The notes under the pieces were generated by a model. It was not told the origin of the DNA. It searched no databases and saw only the letters and a list, made by a program, of their open reading frames with translations. A stretch of DNA of 64,000 nucleotides from Nitrosopumilaceae archaeon (GTDB lineage Archaea; Thermoproteota; Nitrososphaeria; Nitrososphaerales; Nitrosopumilaceae), in NCBI GenBank assembly GCA_965207375.1, contig OZ242274.1, positions 96,001 through 160,000 of the forward strand, read 5' to 3'. Each line of letters starts with the position of its first letter. Within the stretch, counting starts at the first letter, position 1. Below, piece by piece: positions 39,988-49,388 of this stretch. A program made the translations under genes and the position numbers.

Positions 39988-41214
39988 TTAACTTATTCGT
40001 GAAGATTTGACTGTTCCGTCAGGATGATAACCCATTCTAACGTTTTGTCCATCTTCATTTTTATACGCATGATAACTGACATTACCATTTGGATGGTACC
40101 TGACTTCTTCACAATTAGAGTATCCAGAGTAATACCAAACATTATCATCTGATAAGGAATACCTTATGTTATTACCATTATTACGATCACTACAATCGTA
40201 GTGCATATAATAGCCATGATTTACTTTTTTTTCTGCACTATATGCAGTACCGTTTTGGTTATAATACACTTCCATTATGATTGTACCGTCATCATGGTAT
40301 GAATAATATTTGTATTTTATCATGCTGTATTTGGTATCGTCGCCCTTGAATGTGCTAATCGTTTCCGTCATGACTGTATAGACTCTACTACTGTTTGTAT
40401 AGACCCGATGGTCCAGATACCAAATATCACATTTGCCATCACGATTATAATCATTAGTAATGCTAAAACCCCAGTATTCATGTTCATGTCTTATCGAGAA
40501 TCCACCGGCATGGGTGCTAACTTTAAAAGGACATGGACTTTGCTGTAACTCTGGCTGTTCATAGTATGATTCGTAAGGTGGTTGTGGCATATAGTCCATT
40601 AATGATGGACGTATAGTAATTGGTTCAGGTTGTGTCATAGGATTTGTTGGTACCGTGTATTTCTCTGGTTCTATTATTCTATGCTTTTCCATCAAGGTCT
40701 TCATTTCACTCATCTGTGCCTTCATTGCATCAAGTTTCTCATTCTTATTGTCAATCTTTCTATCTACCTTTTCTTTCAAGTGATCAATCTTTGCATCTTT
40801 GTTATCAAGTGCATCTTCTAGTTCTGCATTCTTTGCATTTTTTCTATCTAGTTTATCCTGTAGTTTTACATCTTGATTTTCAGTTTGACTGGTTTTAGCT
40901 TTTAGTTTATCTCTTAGTTCTGCAATCTTTGCATTTTTCTTTTGTTTATCTTCTTGTAGTTCTGCAATCTTTGCATTTTTCTTTTGTTTATCTTCTTGTA
41001 GTTCTGCAATCTTAGCTTCTAGTTCTGCAATCATTGCCCTTAATTGAATGACTATTGGCCACTCTTCCATCATATCATCAGTGACAGAACCTGTACTGTT
41101 TTGTATTGGCCCATTCATTCTCATATCTTCTTCATGACTATCTGCATAGGCTACAGAACTGGATAGTAACGTAATTGAAAGTAATGCTATAATTGTGATG
41201 TTAAAGGTCTTCAC
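39988..41214 (-). CDS. Secreted coiled-coil protein with MORN-variant-like C-terminal repeats
   Basis: Signal peptide MKTFNITIIALL; AKIAELQEDKQKKN tandem repeat; YHDDG, YNQNG, YHPNG, YHPDG motifs. Confidence 0.72.
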   Translation of the reverse strand: MKTFNITIIALLSITLLSSSVAYADSHEEDMRMNGPIQNSTGSVTDDMMEEWPIVIQLRAMIAELEAKIAELQEDKQKKNAKIAELQEDKQKKNAKIAELRDKLKAKTSQTENQDVKLQDKLDRKNAKNAELEDALDNKDAKIDHLKEKVDRKIDNKNEKLDAMKAQMSEMKTLMEKHRIIEPEKYTVPTNPMTQPEPITIRPSLMDYMPQPPYESYYEQPELQQSPCPFKVSTHAGGFSIRHEHEYWGFSITNDYNRDGKCDIWYLDHRVYTNSSRVYTVMTETISTFKGDDTKYSMIKYKYYSYHDDGTIIMEVYYNQNGTAYSAEKKVNHGYYMHYDCSDRNNGNNIRYSLSDDNVWYYSGYSNCEEVRYHPNGNVSYHAYKNEDGQNVRMGYHPDGTVKSSRIS

Positions 41215-41264
41215 TGGGTTTAGGCAGAATTGAGAGTTATTAAATCAGTCGATATTGCACGGAA

Positions 41265-41531
41265 TCATAAATTATTATTAATTATTTTTTTATTTTTAAA
41301 ATCTACGTGGTCTAAAAGTCCTTCAAAGGATCTGATTGCTTTGTGTATTTCATCAAGTAGTTCTTTTGCAACTGTGGCCGTTTCCCAGAGACTCTCTTCT
41401 TTTTCCTCACGTGTATTACGATTCAATGCATCATTGAATTTGTATGCGTTGTCTATTGTTCGTAAACCCCGCAACACTTCACAAGCCTCTCCCTTGATAA
41501 TCTCAAGTGTTATCTTTTCATATTTATCCAT
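41265..41531 (-). CDS. Small hypothetical protein related to 39559-39864
   Basis: SLWETATVAKELL resembles VLWEIARKANDYL; same position in the cassette. Confidence 0.5.
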   Translation of the reverse strand: MDKYEKITLEIIKGEACEVLRGLRTIDNAYKFNDALNRNTREEKEESLWETATVAKELLDEIHKAIRSFEGLLDHVDFKNKKIINNNL

Positions 41532-41553
41532 GTTAATCATTAATGTCTGATGG

Positions 41554-42048
41554 TCATGTGTTTTCTTTCTGCTCCAAAAATTGATAGCCTTCTGCTAATA
41601 ATAGAGCCCTAAAATTACTGCTAACCATCTCACATAACTCTATCCATCCATGTCTCTTTAGATACCCCATCTGCGCCATAAGCTCAAATTTGTTGTTATT
41701 TTTTATTTTGTCTAAAATAGCAGATCTATTAACATATTGTTGTGTATCTTCATCATAACTCTCTTTGAGTAATTTTAGTATAGTTTCTCGTTGTTCAAAT
41801 CTTTTACCAACTATAGATGTAGGTAGTTCCTTTTCATATAGATCTATTCCATATGCAGTTATGTGATAATGACTATCATATTTTTCGATGGTACCCTCAA
41901 TCATCAATCGACCTGTTGCTTTGGAAACATCATTTTTGTTTCTATGCACTTTTTGATAAAGATGACCATCATAGATTCCTTGATACTCATCAAAATATGT
42001 GTCGTATAAAATTTTTAGAATCTCTATTTTTATTTCTGGATCAATCAT
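41554..42048 (-). CDS. Tandem winged-helix protein
   Basis: Two repeats of ILK.L.......L...G.IE....T..G. Confidence 0.6.
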   Translation of the reverse strand: MIDPEIKIEILKILYDTYFDEYQGIYDGHLYQKVHRNKNDVSKATGRLMIEGTIEKYDSHYHITAYGIDLYEKELPTSIVGKRFEQRETILKLLKESYDEDTQQYVNRSAILDKIKNNNKFELMAQMGYLKRHGWIELCEMVSSNFRALLLAEGYQFLEQKENT

Positions 42049-42214
42049 CTTGCTAGTTTACAATAAGACGTAGTTATATACATTCAAACGAAAATGTGAA
42101 ATTTGTTTTTTTCTATGAGCATCCAACTCTTTTGTATCTGAAAAAATTCATGTATTAACTGTGTCAGTTGGGTATTCCAGTATTAGCCTTAACCTTTTTT
42201 AATAGTTTGAAAAC

Positions 42215-42373
42215 TCAAATCTGATTCTTTGGTTTCTGGTCATATTCTACTACAAAAACAACCTCTTGTGATTTTTGATCATACACTGCCTGCCATTTTG
42301 TTATTATGAATCTAGTGTCAATCAGAAATTCCTCAAAGAGTTTAAGATCAAGAATCTTTACAAGTTTTCCCAT
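42215..42373 (-). CDS. Small hypothetical protein
   Basis: ORF MGKLVKILD...; no motif recognised. Confidence 0.4.
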   Translation of the reverse strand: MGKLVKILDLKLFEEFLIDTRFIITKWQAVYDQKSQEVVFVVEYDQKPKNQI

Positions 42374-42523
42374 ATCTAAAAAGATCAGGTGGTATAATAA
42401 AAGGATACACACTCAGATCTCAATTGTAATAGACACAAAATGAATAATCGATTTTATTGGATTAGGTGTGAGTTTGAACTGGAGTTGAACTTGTACATCA
42501 AGAGAACGTCATCTCTACAATTT

Positions 42524-43645
42524 TTATCTGACAATCTTGCCATTTTTAAAAAACTTACATCTTTCCTCATCAAAATGATTGACTATTTCGTTCATTACTG
42601 ACTCTGCAATTGATTCTCGGTTATCCTTTACATACTGTAACGGGTGTTCTCTGTTTACATCAATGTGTACTTTATATTCGTCAGGTCCATCTACAGAATC
42701 AAAACTTTTGGGAAATCTTATCATGGAATTTGATTCAATACATACTGATAATCTAACTTCACCAAAATACCCATAATGAAACAATATTTCACTACCAAAT
42801 TCCAGTGCCTGCAAAAGTCCAACTACCGTATCTTTTTCATCGAATATCATAGGGGTCCTGTGTTTAAAATACTGTTTATACACAATGCATCCATTTCTGT
42901 GTATTTCTATAGTAGGCATGTAATCGAACCCCGCATCACATTTTATCCCCTTACCAAAAAAGTTCAAACGTGGAAAATTTATCGGACAGCAAGGTGTACT
43001 GTATTTCGGTTTAATCCTTGTAATCCATTCCAGTTTTGTATAATCTGATGTGTCGATTAGTCGATGCTCAATGTTTGAGGGAATTATAATTATGTTCAGA
43101 TTAATACCATCTGAAATAAGCGCTTTACTTGGTGTGTTATCGCTTATGTATTGTTTCAGAGTATCATGATTTGAAAATCTTCGCTTGTAGCAATCACAAA
43201 CTTCCTGTTCTGTCATCGCACCGGATTTGAATTGAAATCTCTTGTAATATTTTTCATCCTTGGAATCAAAGTATGGTTTAAGACTGCTGTCGGGGATACG
43301 TATTATCATAATGGTTTTCTGATTATCAGGTTGAACCTTAACAAGCTGTATTTTTATTGGAAGTCTTGGAACTATATTTGATAAAACAATCTGTTCTATT
43401 CTTTCCTTGTTTATGTCATCTGTCAGCCCTATGATCTCTTCAGGATGTCCTCCACGGCCAGATTCTTTTATTCCAAAAATAATATCACCACCACGTGTAT
43501 TTGCAAAGGCACATACGTGCCTCAGTAGATCTGCATCCTTTATCATTATTTCTTTGTAATCTAATGTATCGCTTTCATCCACTTTGTCAACTAGTAATTT
43601 TTCTATGTCAGAGTACTGAATGCTCTCTATGTCCTTGTTTATCAT
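42524..43645 (-). CDS. AlbA_2/Schlafen-domain protein with an uncharacterised C-terminal domain
   Basis: ESDTLDYKE, VCAFANTRGGDIIFGIKE, KPY, YYKR. Confidence 0.85.
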   Translation of the reverse strand: MINKDIESIQYSDIEKLLVDKVDESDTLDYKEIMIKDADLLRHVCAFANTRGGDIIFGIKESGRGGHPEEIIGLTDDINKERIEQIVLSNIVPRLPIKIQLVKVQPDNQKTIMIIRIPDSSLKPYFDSKDEKYYKRFQFKSGAMTEQEVCDCYKRRFSNHDTLKQYISDNTPSKALISDGINLNIIIIPSNIEHRLIDTSDYTKLEWITRIKPKYSTPCCPINFPRLNFFGKGIKCDAGFDYMPTIEIHRNGCIVYKQYFKHRTPMIFDEKDTVVGLLQALEFGSEILFHYGYFGEVRLSVCIESNSMIRFPKSFDSVDGPDEYKVHIDVNREHPLQYVKDNRESIAESVMNEIVNHFDEERCKFFKNGKIVR

Positions 43646-43697
43646 TGATCTATATCTCAATAATTCATAATAAAAAAAGGTTAACACGTTAACGTTA

Positions 43698-43868
43698 TCA
43701 CGCTAACATGGGGGTCTGGGTCCGGAACGCCATCATTCTAAATGCCTGTGACTTTGGTATGTGACCGTCCTTTGCCATTTGAACCAACTGTAGATGTTCT
43801 GCCTCTGTAAGTGATACAGTGACTGAACGCCTTCTTGGAATCTTTTTGCCTGTTATTCTTTCTACCAT
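43698..43868 (-). CDS. Ribbon-helix-helix (MobC/CopG-like) protein, 56 aa
   Basis: Manual translation RRRSVTVSLTEAEHLQLVQMAKDGHIPKSQAFR. Confidence 0.55.
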   Translation of the reverse strand: MVERITGKKIPRRRSVTVSLTEAEHLQLVQMAKDGHIPKSQAFRMMAFRTQTPMLA

Positions 43869-44479
43869 CTTTTCAAGGTCTACTAAACCACATGGATTAT
43901 GATGAAGAACAGTCGATCTGAAACCAGATTATTCACGATTTGCATTCTAAACTCATCATAACCTGTATTCACAGAATCATTTTCTACTGTTAAATCGTTC
44001 AAATCAATTTTCAAACTAAACAAGGATACAAAACGTTCTGATTATACTTGATCAGGTTATGTAAATTCCTGTTATTTCACCTGATCAAGTATATCTGCTG
44101 AATCTACCCATGTAGAGACACGCGGCTGAATCTGTGCTTATCGCACATCCTGTAGAGTCATTTTCTGCTATTAAATCTGCCTGAATCTTGCAAATTATAT
44201 CACACAAAAACAAGAACTGATGAAAAAAATAACTACACATGACGATACCATCATTGAGCTTTATTGCAAAACCTACTATATTTCCCATTCTGACGGCGTC
44301 TTGTCGCTGGTATAAATTATTAGAAATATACCCAAAACAGCCACGCTATAGACCAAACATAATGCCACAATACGCCATACAAAATCATGAATCGATGCAG
44401 GAACTATCAGCAGGACAACGAACCAAAAACAAAGAAAAAATCCAAGTACACGCATTTCACGATATTTTTGTGGATACTG

Positions 44480-46261
44480 GTAACTGTTTCGCTTTTTGAA
44501 GCTTCAATCTAGTTATATGCCTCAGATTTGCTTGCCAAGTAATTCGTACCTGTTGATCTAATTTTCTTTACATTCTATCTAAAACATGCATGATGTAATG
44601 TTCCATCGGCTTTCAAATGATGGAACAAGCACACCAGCAAAACAGACTCGTAGATTACCTATTTAAGCTAAACAAACTAGCAGTATCAAATCAGAATTAC
44701 AGGGGCAAAAAGAATTGACCCGTTCTGAGGCCCAATCTAACATACCACACGCAGATAGACCGTGCCTTGAGAAAGAGTGCAGGTGCTGTAAATGGTGGTT
44801 GCAACAAACCGGCATTGACAAGATGTCATGTACAAATAATGTCAAAGAGGTATCTGAGATAATATCCAAAAAGCAAGAGAAATCAGACAGGTTGATTATA
44901 GAAAACACATCTCTTACCAAAGACAACAAAAAGTATCAAAAGGCAAACCAAGAGTTAAGAGCAAAGAAAAACGGCATCAAGGCAGTAACTGCAGCAGACA
45001 AATCAGGTAACAAGGACAAACCTAGGGGTAGACCCAAGGGGCAAAAAGCCACCATCAACAGGCGACCAGACAACATAGACCGAGAAGAAACAATAGATGA
45101 TCCTTGCTGTCCTGACTGTGGCGCAAAGATGTCAGAAACGATAACTAGTCAATACGATAGGGTGGCCACCATTGTACAAACCATACGGGAAAACGTACTA
45201 TTCAACATGAAAAGACGCTGGTGTTCTAAATGTAAAAAGCAAAAATCCCAGCCCATTCCAGGAGTGGACAAGTATGCGCGTAGATCATCAAGCCATACGG
45301 CTGCAATCACATCTTTGAACCTGTCAGGCATGTCGCACGGCAGGACTGCAGAGCATTCAAAGGACATAATGGGGGTAAACATATCACGCGCAGCAGCATA
45401 TCGCGACAAGATGTCATTGACCAAAAAATGTACACCCATGCGGGATTCCATAAGAGAAGATATTCTCAAGGAGCAAAACCTAATGTGTGACGAGTTCTGG
45501 TGGCCAATTGATGGCAAGCAAGGATACGTGCTGGCTGCACTAGGCAAGAATAACTGTCTGATGGAGGTATCCCAAACCAGAAAAATAGAGGCATTAAAGA
45601 AATTTCTGCCTGGATACAAGGGAGTTTCATCGCATGACTCGTATCCGGGCTGGCTACACATAGGACTGATTCATCAGATGTGCATGGCACACCAGATTCG
45701 GCTGCCAAAAAAAGAAATCAAATACGGCAATCCCAAGGGAGATGTACTACAGTTTCTAAACGAACTTGAACATCTATGCAAGCAACACTATACTGCAAAC
45801 AAGATAACTGATATGCACTCAAGAAAGGTGGCAGCCAACTGTCTTGACAGTCAAATGCGTCAGCTTATGAATGCAGAATGGACAGATGACAAGCACGGCA
45901 CGATACGCAGGTTCCAAAAGAGATGGAGGAGGGAAGGATACTACACCACTACGTTTCTGACAATGGAGGGGATTGAACCTGACAACAACAGAGTGGAGAG
46001 AATGAACCGGCGTTTTGTATCAATACGGCATGATGGAGGTGGGAATCGTTCTGCTGCAGGTATGGAGGCCAATTCCATACTGTTTACAATACTTGCAACT
46101 AGCAAGATTCAAAATACTGTCTTTTATGACATTTTACAAAATTCCTACAGTCCAGGATAGCATTATTTCTGTATATTATATCCTGAGTAATGGCAAATTG
46201 CAAATGATAGGGGATGTTGCGCATGACTATCTGAGAGAGCTTCAAAAAGCGAAACAGTTAC
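44480..46261 (+). mobile_element. IS66-family element with perfect 24-bp IRs
   Basis: GTAACTGTTTCGCTTTTTGAAGCT at both ends; flanks differ, so no TSD. Confidence 0.9.
44715..46160 (+). CDS. IS66-family transposase (start uncertain)
   Basis: RGRPKG, CPDCG, CDE, HDSY, QMCMAH, PDNNRVER. Confidence 0.88.
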   Translation: MTRSEAQSNIPHADRPCLEKECRCCKWWLQQTGIDKMSCTNNVKEVSEIISKKQEKSDRLIIENTSLTKDNKKYQKANQELRAKKNGIKAVTAADKSGNKDKPRGRPKGQKATINRRPDNIDREETIDDPCCPDCGAKMSETITSQYDRVATIVQTIRENVLFNMKRRWCSKCKKQKSQPIPGVDKYARRSSSHTAAITSLNLSGMSHGRTAEHSKDIMGVNISRAAAYRDKMSLTKKCTPMRDSIREDILKEQNLMCDEFWWPIDGKQGYVLAALGKNNCLMEVSQTRKIEALKKFLPGYKGVSSHDSYPGWLHIGLIHQMCMAHQIRLPKKEIKYGNPKGDVLQFLNELEHLCKQHYTANKITDMHSRKVAANCLDSQMRQLMNAEWTDDKHGTIRRFQKRWRREGYYTTTFLTMEGIEPDNNRVERMNRRFVSIRHDGGGNRSAAGMEANSILFTILATSKIQNTVFYDILQNSYSPG

Positions 46262-47122
46262 GATGGTATCTAAACGGCAAACTGTGCTGGGCATGGGTGT
46301 TTCATTCTGTATATACGGTAGTATATCACATCGCACAATCTAGAAGCAAAATGGTATCTGAGACGTTTCTAAAGGATTTTGAAGGCATACTGATGGGTGA
46401 CTCTCATCCCGGATGGAGTGTTGCAGATATACTTCAAAAATGCCTGCTACACTATTTCAGAGACATGTATAGAACGCTTGAAAAAAATGACAAAAAAGAA
46501 TTTCAAACATTCTTTGATGAACTATACAAGATACTAAAATCTGCAATAAAGCTTGGCAAAAAACACGACACAGTACAGGACATTCCAAAGCGCAGCATAA
46601 CTAAACTGCAAAAAAGAATCAATGCACTTGCTACAGGAACATATGAGGATACAGATTGTCTCAGATATGTAAAGCGACTAAAACGCGAGGGTAACTCTTT
46701 GCTAACATTTCTAAAATATGATGGTGTGCCGTACCACAACAATGCAAGCGAGCAGGCAATGCGCATATTTGCTATAATGAGGAAGATATTCTACGGTAGT
46801 CGCTCAGAGAGAGGCCTAAAAACCACAGAGATACGTCAAAGCATATTTGCCACATGTGAAAGGCGCGATGTAAATCCGTATCATTTCGTCAAGGAGTATC
46901 TGCGTGGAAATATCAAAGAAATTCCCATGCCAAAAGTCACAGTTGCTGCATGATACCATCAAATGTACAGTGTATAATACACAAAATTTGTTACTGTATG
47001 ATCATTTCTGTAATCTGAATCTGTTGTATACTGGTTCATTGACGTAAACTGCACCGGGGTTTTGCATGCAGTTTCATGGGTCATCTAAATCCCAGAGTAA
47101 CTTCAGAAAGTCGATCTGTTAC
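46262..47122 (+). mobile_element. 5'-truncated copy of the 53491-55227 IS66
   Basis: 861 bp apparently identical to 54367-55227; begins immediately after the 44480 element IR. Confidence 0.92.
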
Positions 47123-47643
47123 GAAGATACACACAATTTAATGAAATCTGCAATGGTATAGTATAATTAATTTTGACAGGGATTTTTTAATCGAATTTAA
47201 TTTTCGGCTATTTGATGATACATTAAAAATAAAATTATATCAAAATAGGTCATAATCTTAGACTCTGGTCAAGAAGAAACATAATAAAATTAAATCAGGT
47301 GAGGTATTCAGGATTAGACAAAATTAAGAACTAGATTAAATTTTCTAGATCAAAATTTGATTATAATGGCCTAGATTTTGATGATTTTGTAAGTCATAGC
47401 AAAACAGAAACTAGATAGTATCAGGTATATTCAAATTTCAAAATTCAGATTCATATTTTTAATTAACAATGACATTGAAATTTTGAAACATAAAATTACA
47501 ATAAATGAACCAGTACTAGTTTGAACTCAAATTTTATAGATTACAATTTGATATTATCATACTGCACAAATGTAATTAAAATGATTTTAAAAAATTAAAT
47601 TATAATTAGGAATAAAGTATAATGGTCAAGTGCTTGACTGATA

Positions 47644-48660
47644 ATGTTATTATGCATTGGCGTGCAGTATAACAGTATGAAATGGAGTCCGCATGTGGAA
47701 GGAGAATTTGTGTGCAGCCATCTAGCCTCTAACCTTGCAGATTTAGTACTAGTTCTCACAAGGCATAAAAAATTCTACAAAACTAGCATGGTACACGTGG
47801 GAAAGAACTGCCACAACAACACACTTTTTGTCTATTATTCATGCAAAGGATGCTTTGATGCAGTACATTCTGTCTCGATACAGTATAAACATCAGGAAAT
47901 AGGAGAATCTGGCAGATATAAAATAACTGGAAACGTAATAAATTACAATCAAAGTCATCAAATGTACCAAAATATCATTTTAGGCGCCGATAGATATCTT
48001 GCAACAAGGAGAAAAATAAACGATAATATCGGCTCTGGGTACAGCTTTGACAGACAAAAGGCTCTGACAATCTGGGATGATGCCTGCATGATAGCCTTTG
48101 AGGACTATATGGGGGACAGAGCAGAAGATCTTTTTGCACGCTGGGACAAATGGAAGAAACAACAGGGCAAGACCAACACCCAAGAAAAGACACGAATAAC
48201 CAGGCTTGCCAAGGCCAAATTGGCAAAAGCTATCGAAATAATAGACAATGAGGGCATGCCCCATTTGGCATTTGATCAATACGTCTATTTCTTTGATAAA
48301 TTCGGAAAGATGTGTGACATGTGTTTTGTGGTATTTGCCCAAAGAGGCACCACCTGCAGATTCTGTAGAGGTTTTACCCAGACTGAGATAAACCGGCTAA
48401 AACGACTAGAAAATAGAATCAAAAAGAGGTTCAACAGGCTAAAACATGATGATGCAGACAAAAAGGACTCGATTTCTAAAAGAATCGAGGATGATGGCAG
48501 ACAGGTGGTAATTTCAGAGATGATTGAGGAAAAGGGAACAAACGAGACATTTTCTGAACTCAAGGAGATGTATGGGTACCGAACTGCACGTGAATTGACC
48601 GGAGCAGATCCAGACGAGTACGATGACGGCCTGAGTGAAGCAGAGAGAAATGAAACATAG
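47644..48660 (+). CDS. Hypothetical Cys/His-rich protein (putative zinc binding; start may be 47678)
   Basis: CxH, CxxC, CDMC...CRFC; basic helical region and acidic tail. Confidence 0.65.
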   Translation: MLLCIGVQYNSMKWSPHVEGEFVCSHLASNLADLVLVLTRHKKFYKTSMVHVGKNCHNNTLFVYYSCKGCFDAVHSVSIQYKHQEIGESGRYKITGNVINYNQSHQMYQNIILGADRYLATRRKINDNIGSGYSFDRQKALTIWDDACMIAFEDYMGDRAEDLFARWDKWKKQQGKTNTQEKTRITRLAKAKLAKAIEIIDNEGMPHLAFDQYVYFFDKFGKMCDMCFVVFAQRGTTCRFCRGFTQTEINRLKRLENRIKKRFNRLKHDDADKKDSISKRIEDDGRQVVISEMIEEKGTNETFSELKEMYGYRTARELTGADPDEYDDGLSEAERNET

Positions 48661-48718
48661 AATCTATGGTATAGTTTGTACATTTGGTAGGTCTAGATTG
48701 TGTTCCATTGAGATCTAC

Positions 48719-48797
48719 GTACTTTTTCACGTATTAGTGTTAATTTGTGCCCAGATGATACAATGATTGAAAAATTAGACACTAGGTGAACAAGTAC
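48719..48797. mobile_element. 79-bp mini-element with IS66 (11350-type) ends
   Basis: GTACTTTTTCAC ... GTGAACAAGTAC; no TSD seen. Confidence 0.6.
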
Positions 48798-49271
48798 GAT
48801 ATGATTAAAGAGCAACAAGCCGTGACGTTTCAAATTAATTCAATGAATATGAGAGGCATCAAGCGTTGGAGACCCGGGTTCCCTCTACTAAAGTGCTCGA
48901 AGCACAGACAGGTATTGGTTATTTCCAGTTCTAGCCTCTCATGGCATATGTTAGACGATCAAATAAAAACATGATCTTGAAATTTCAATTTTTTTGAAAT
49001 CAAGGTCTATTTTTAATTCTGAATCAGGCTGAAATTAAATCATAATCAAATGATAATATTTCAATTAAAATCAGAAAACAATGCATAATTTACACGTGTA
49101 TGAAATGATACAGTGCACAACTTTTTCATTATGTTGTTAGGTTTGAAATAATATGGCTAAAATGGCGTACAGTGCTGAGTCATATATTCAAAGTGCAGTT
49201 TCTGATCGCCTCGATCAGGTACCAGGTTTTTGAGAAAATCAAGAGTACTTTGCTTGTAAAAGACAGTGATT

Positions 49272-49388
49272 AGCTTACGCCAGCTACGCCCAAGCTTACC
49301 GTTTTTTTTAAATATTTTTAGACTTTTTTTTAAAATATACATAATACTTTGGCAAATTCCGTAAGCTCAGCCGTGATCCGTGTAAGCT
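49272..49388. other. Putative replication origin (iterons around an AT-rich core)
   Basis: AGCT(T)AC three times, about 55 bp of A/T-rich sequence, then inverted GTAAGCT twice; at the 3' end of the helicase gene. Confidence 0.5.

Noticed and set aside
44085-44479. Short ORFs left of the 44480 IS66
   Set aside because: Probably a heavily degraded transposase fragment, too decayed to assign.
46015-46953. 312-aa ORF as an intact transposase
   Set aside because: It is a chimera of the end of one IS66 and a 5'-truncated copy of another, and lacks the N-terminus and first catalytic Asp.
47123-47643. Very AT-rich 500-bp gap as an ncRNA or origin
   Set aside because: No convincing repeats or stable stems found by eye.
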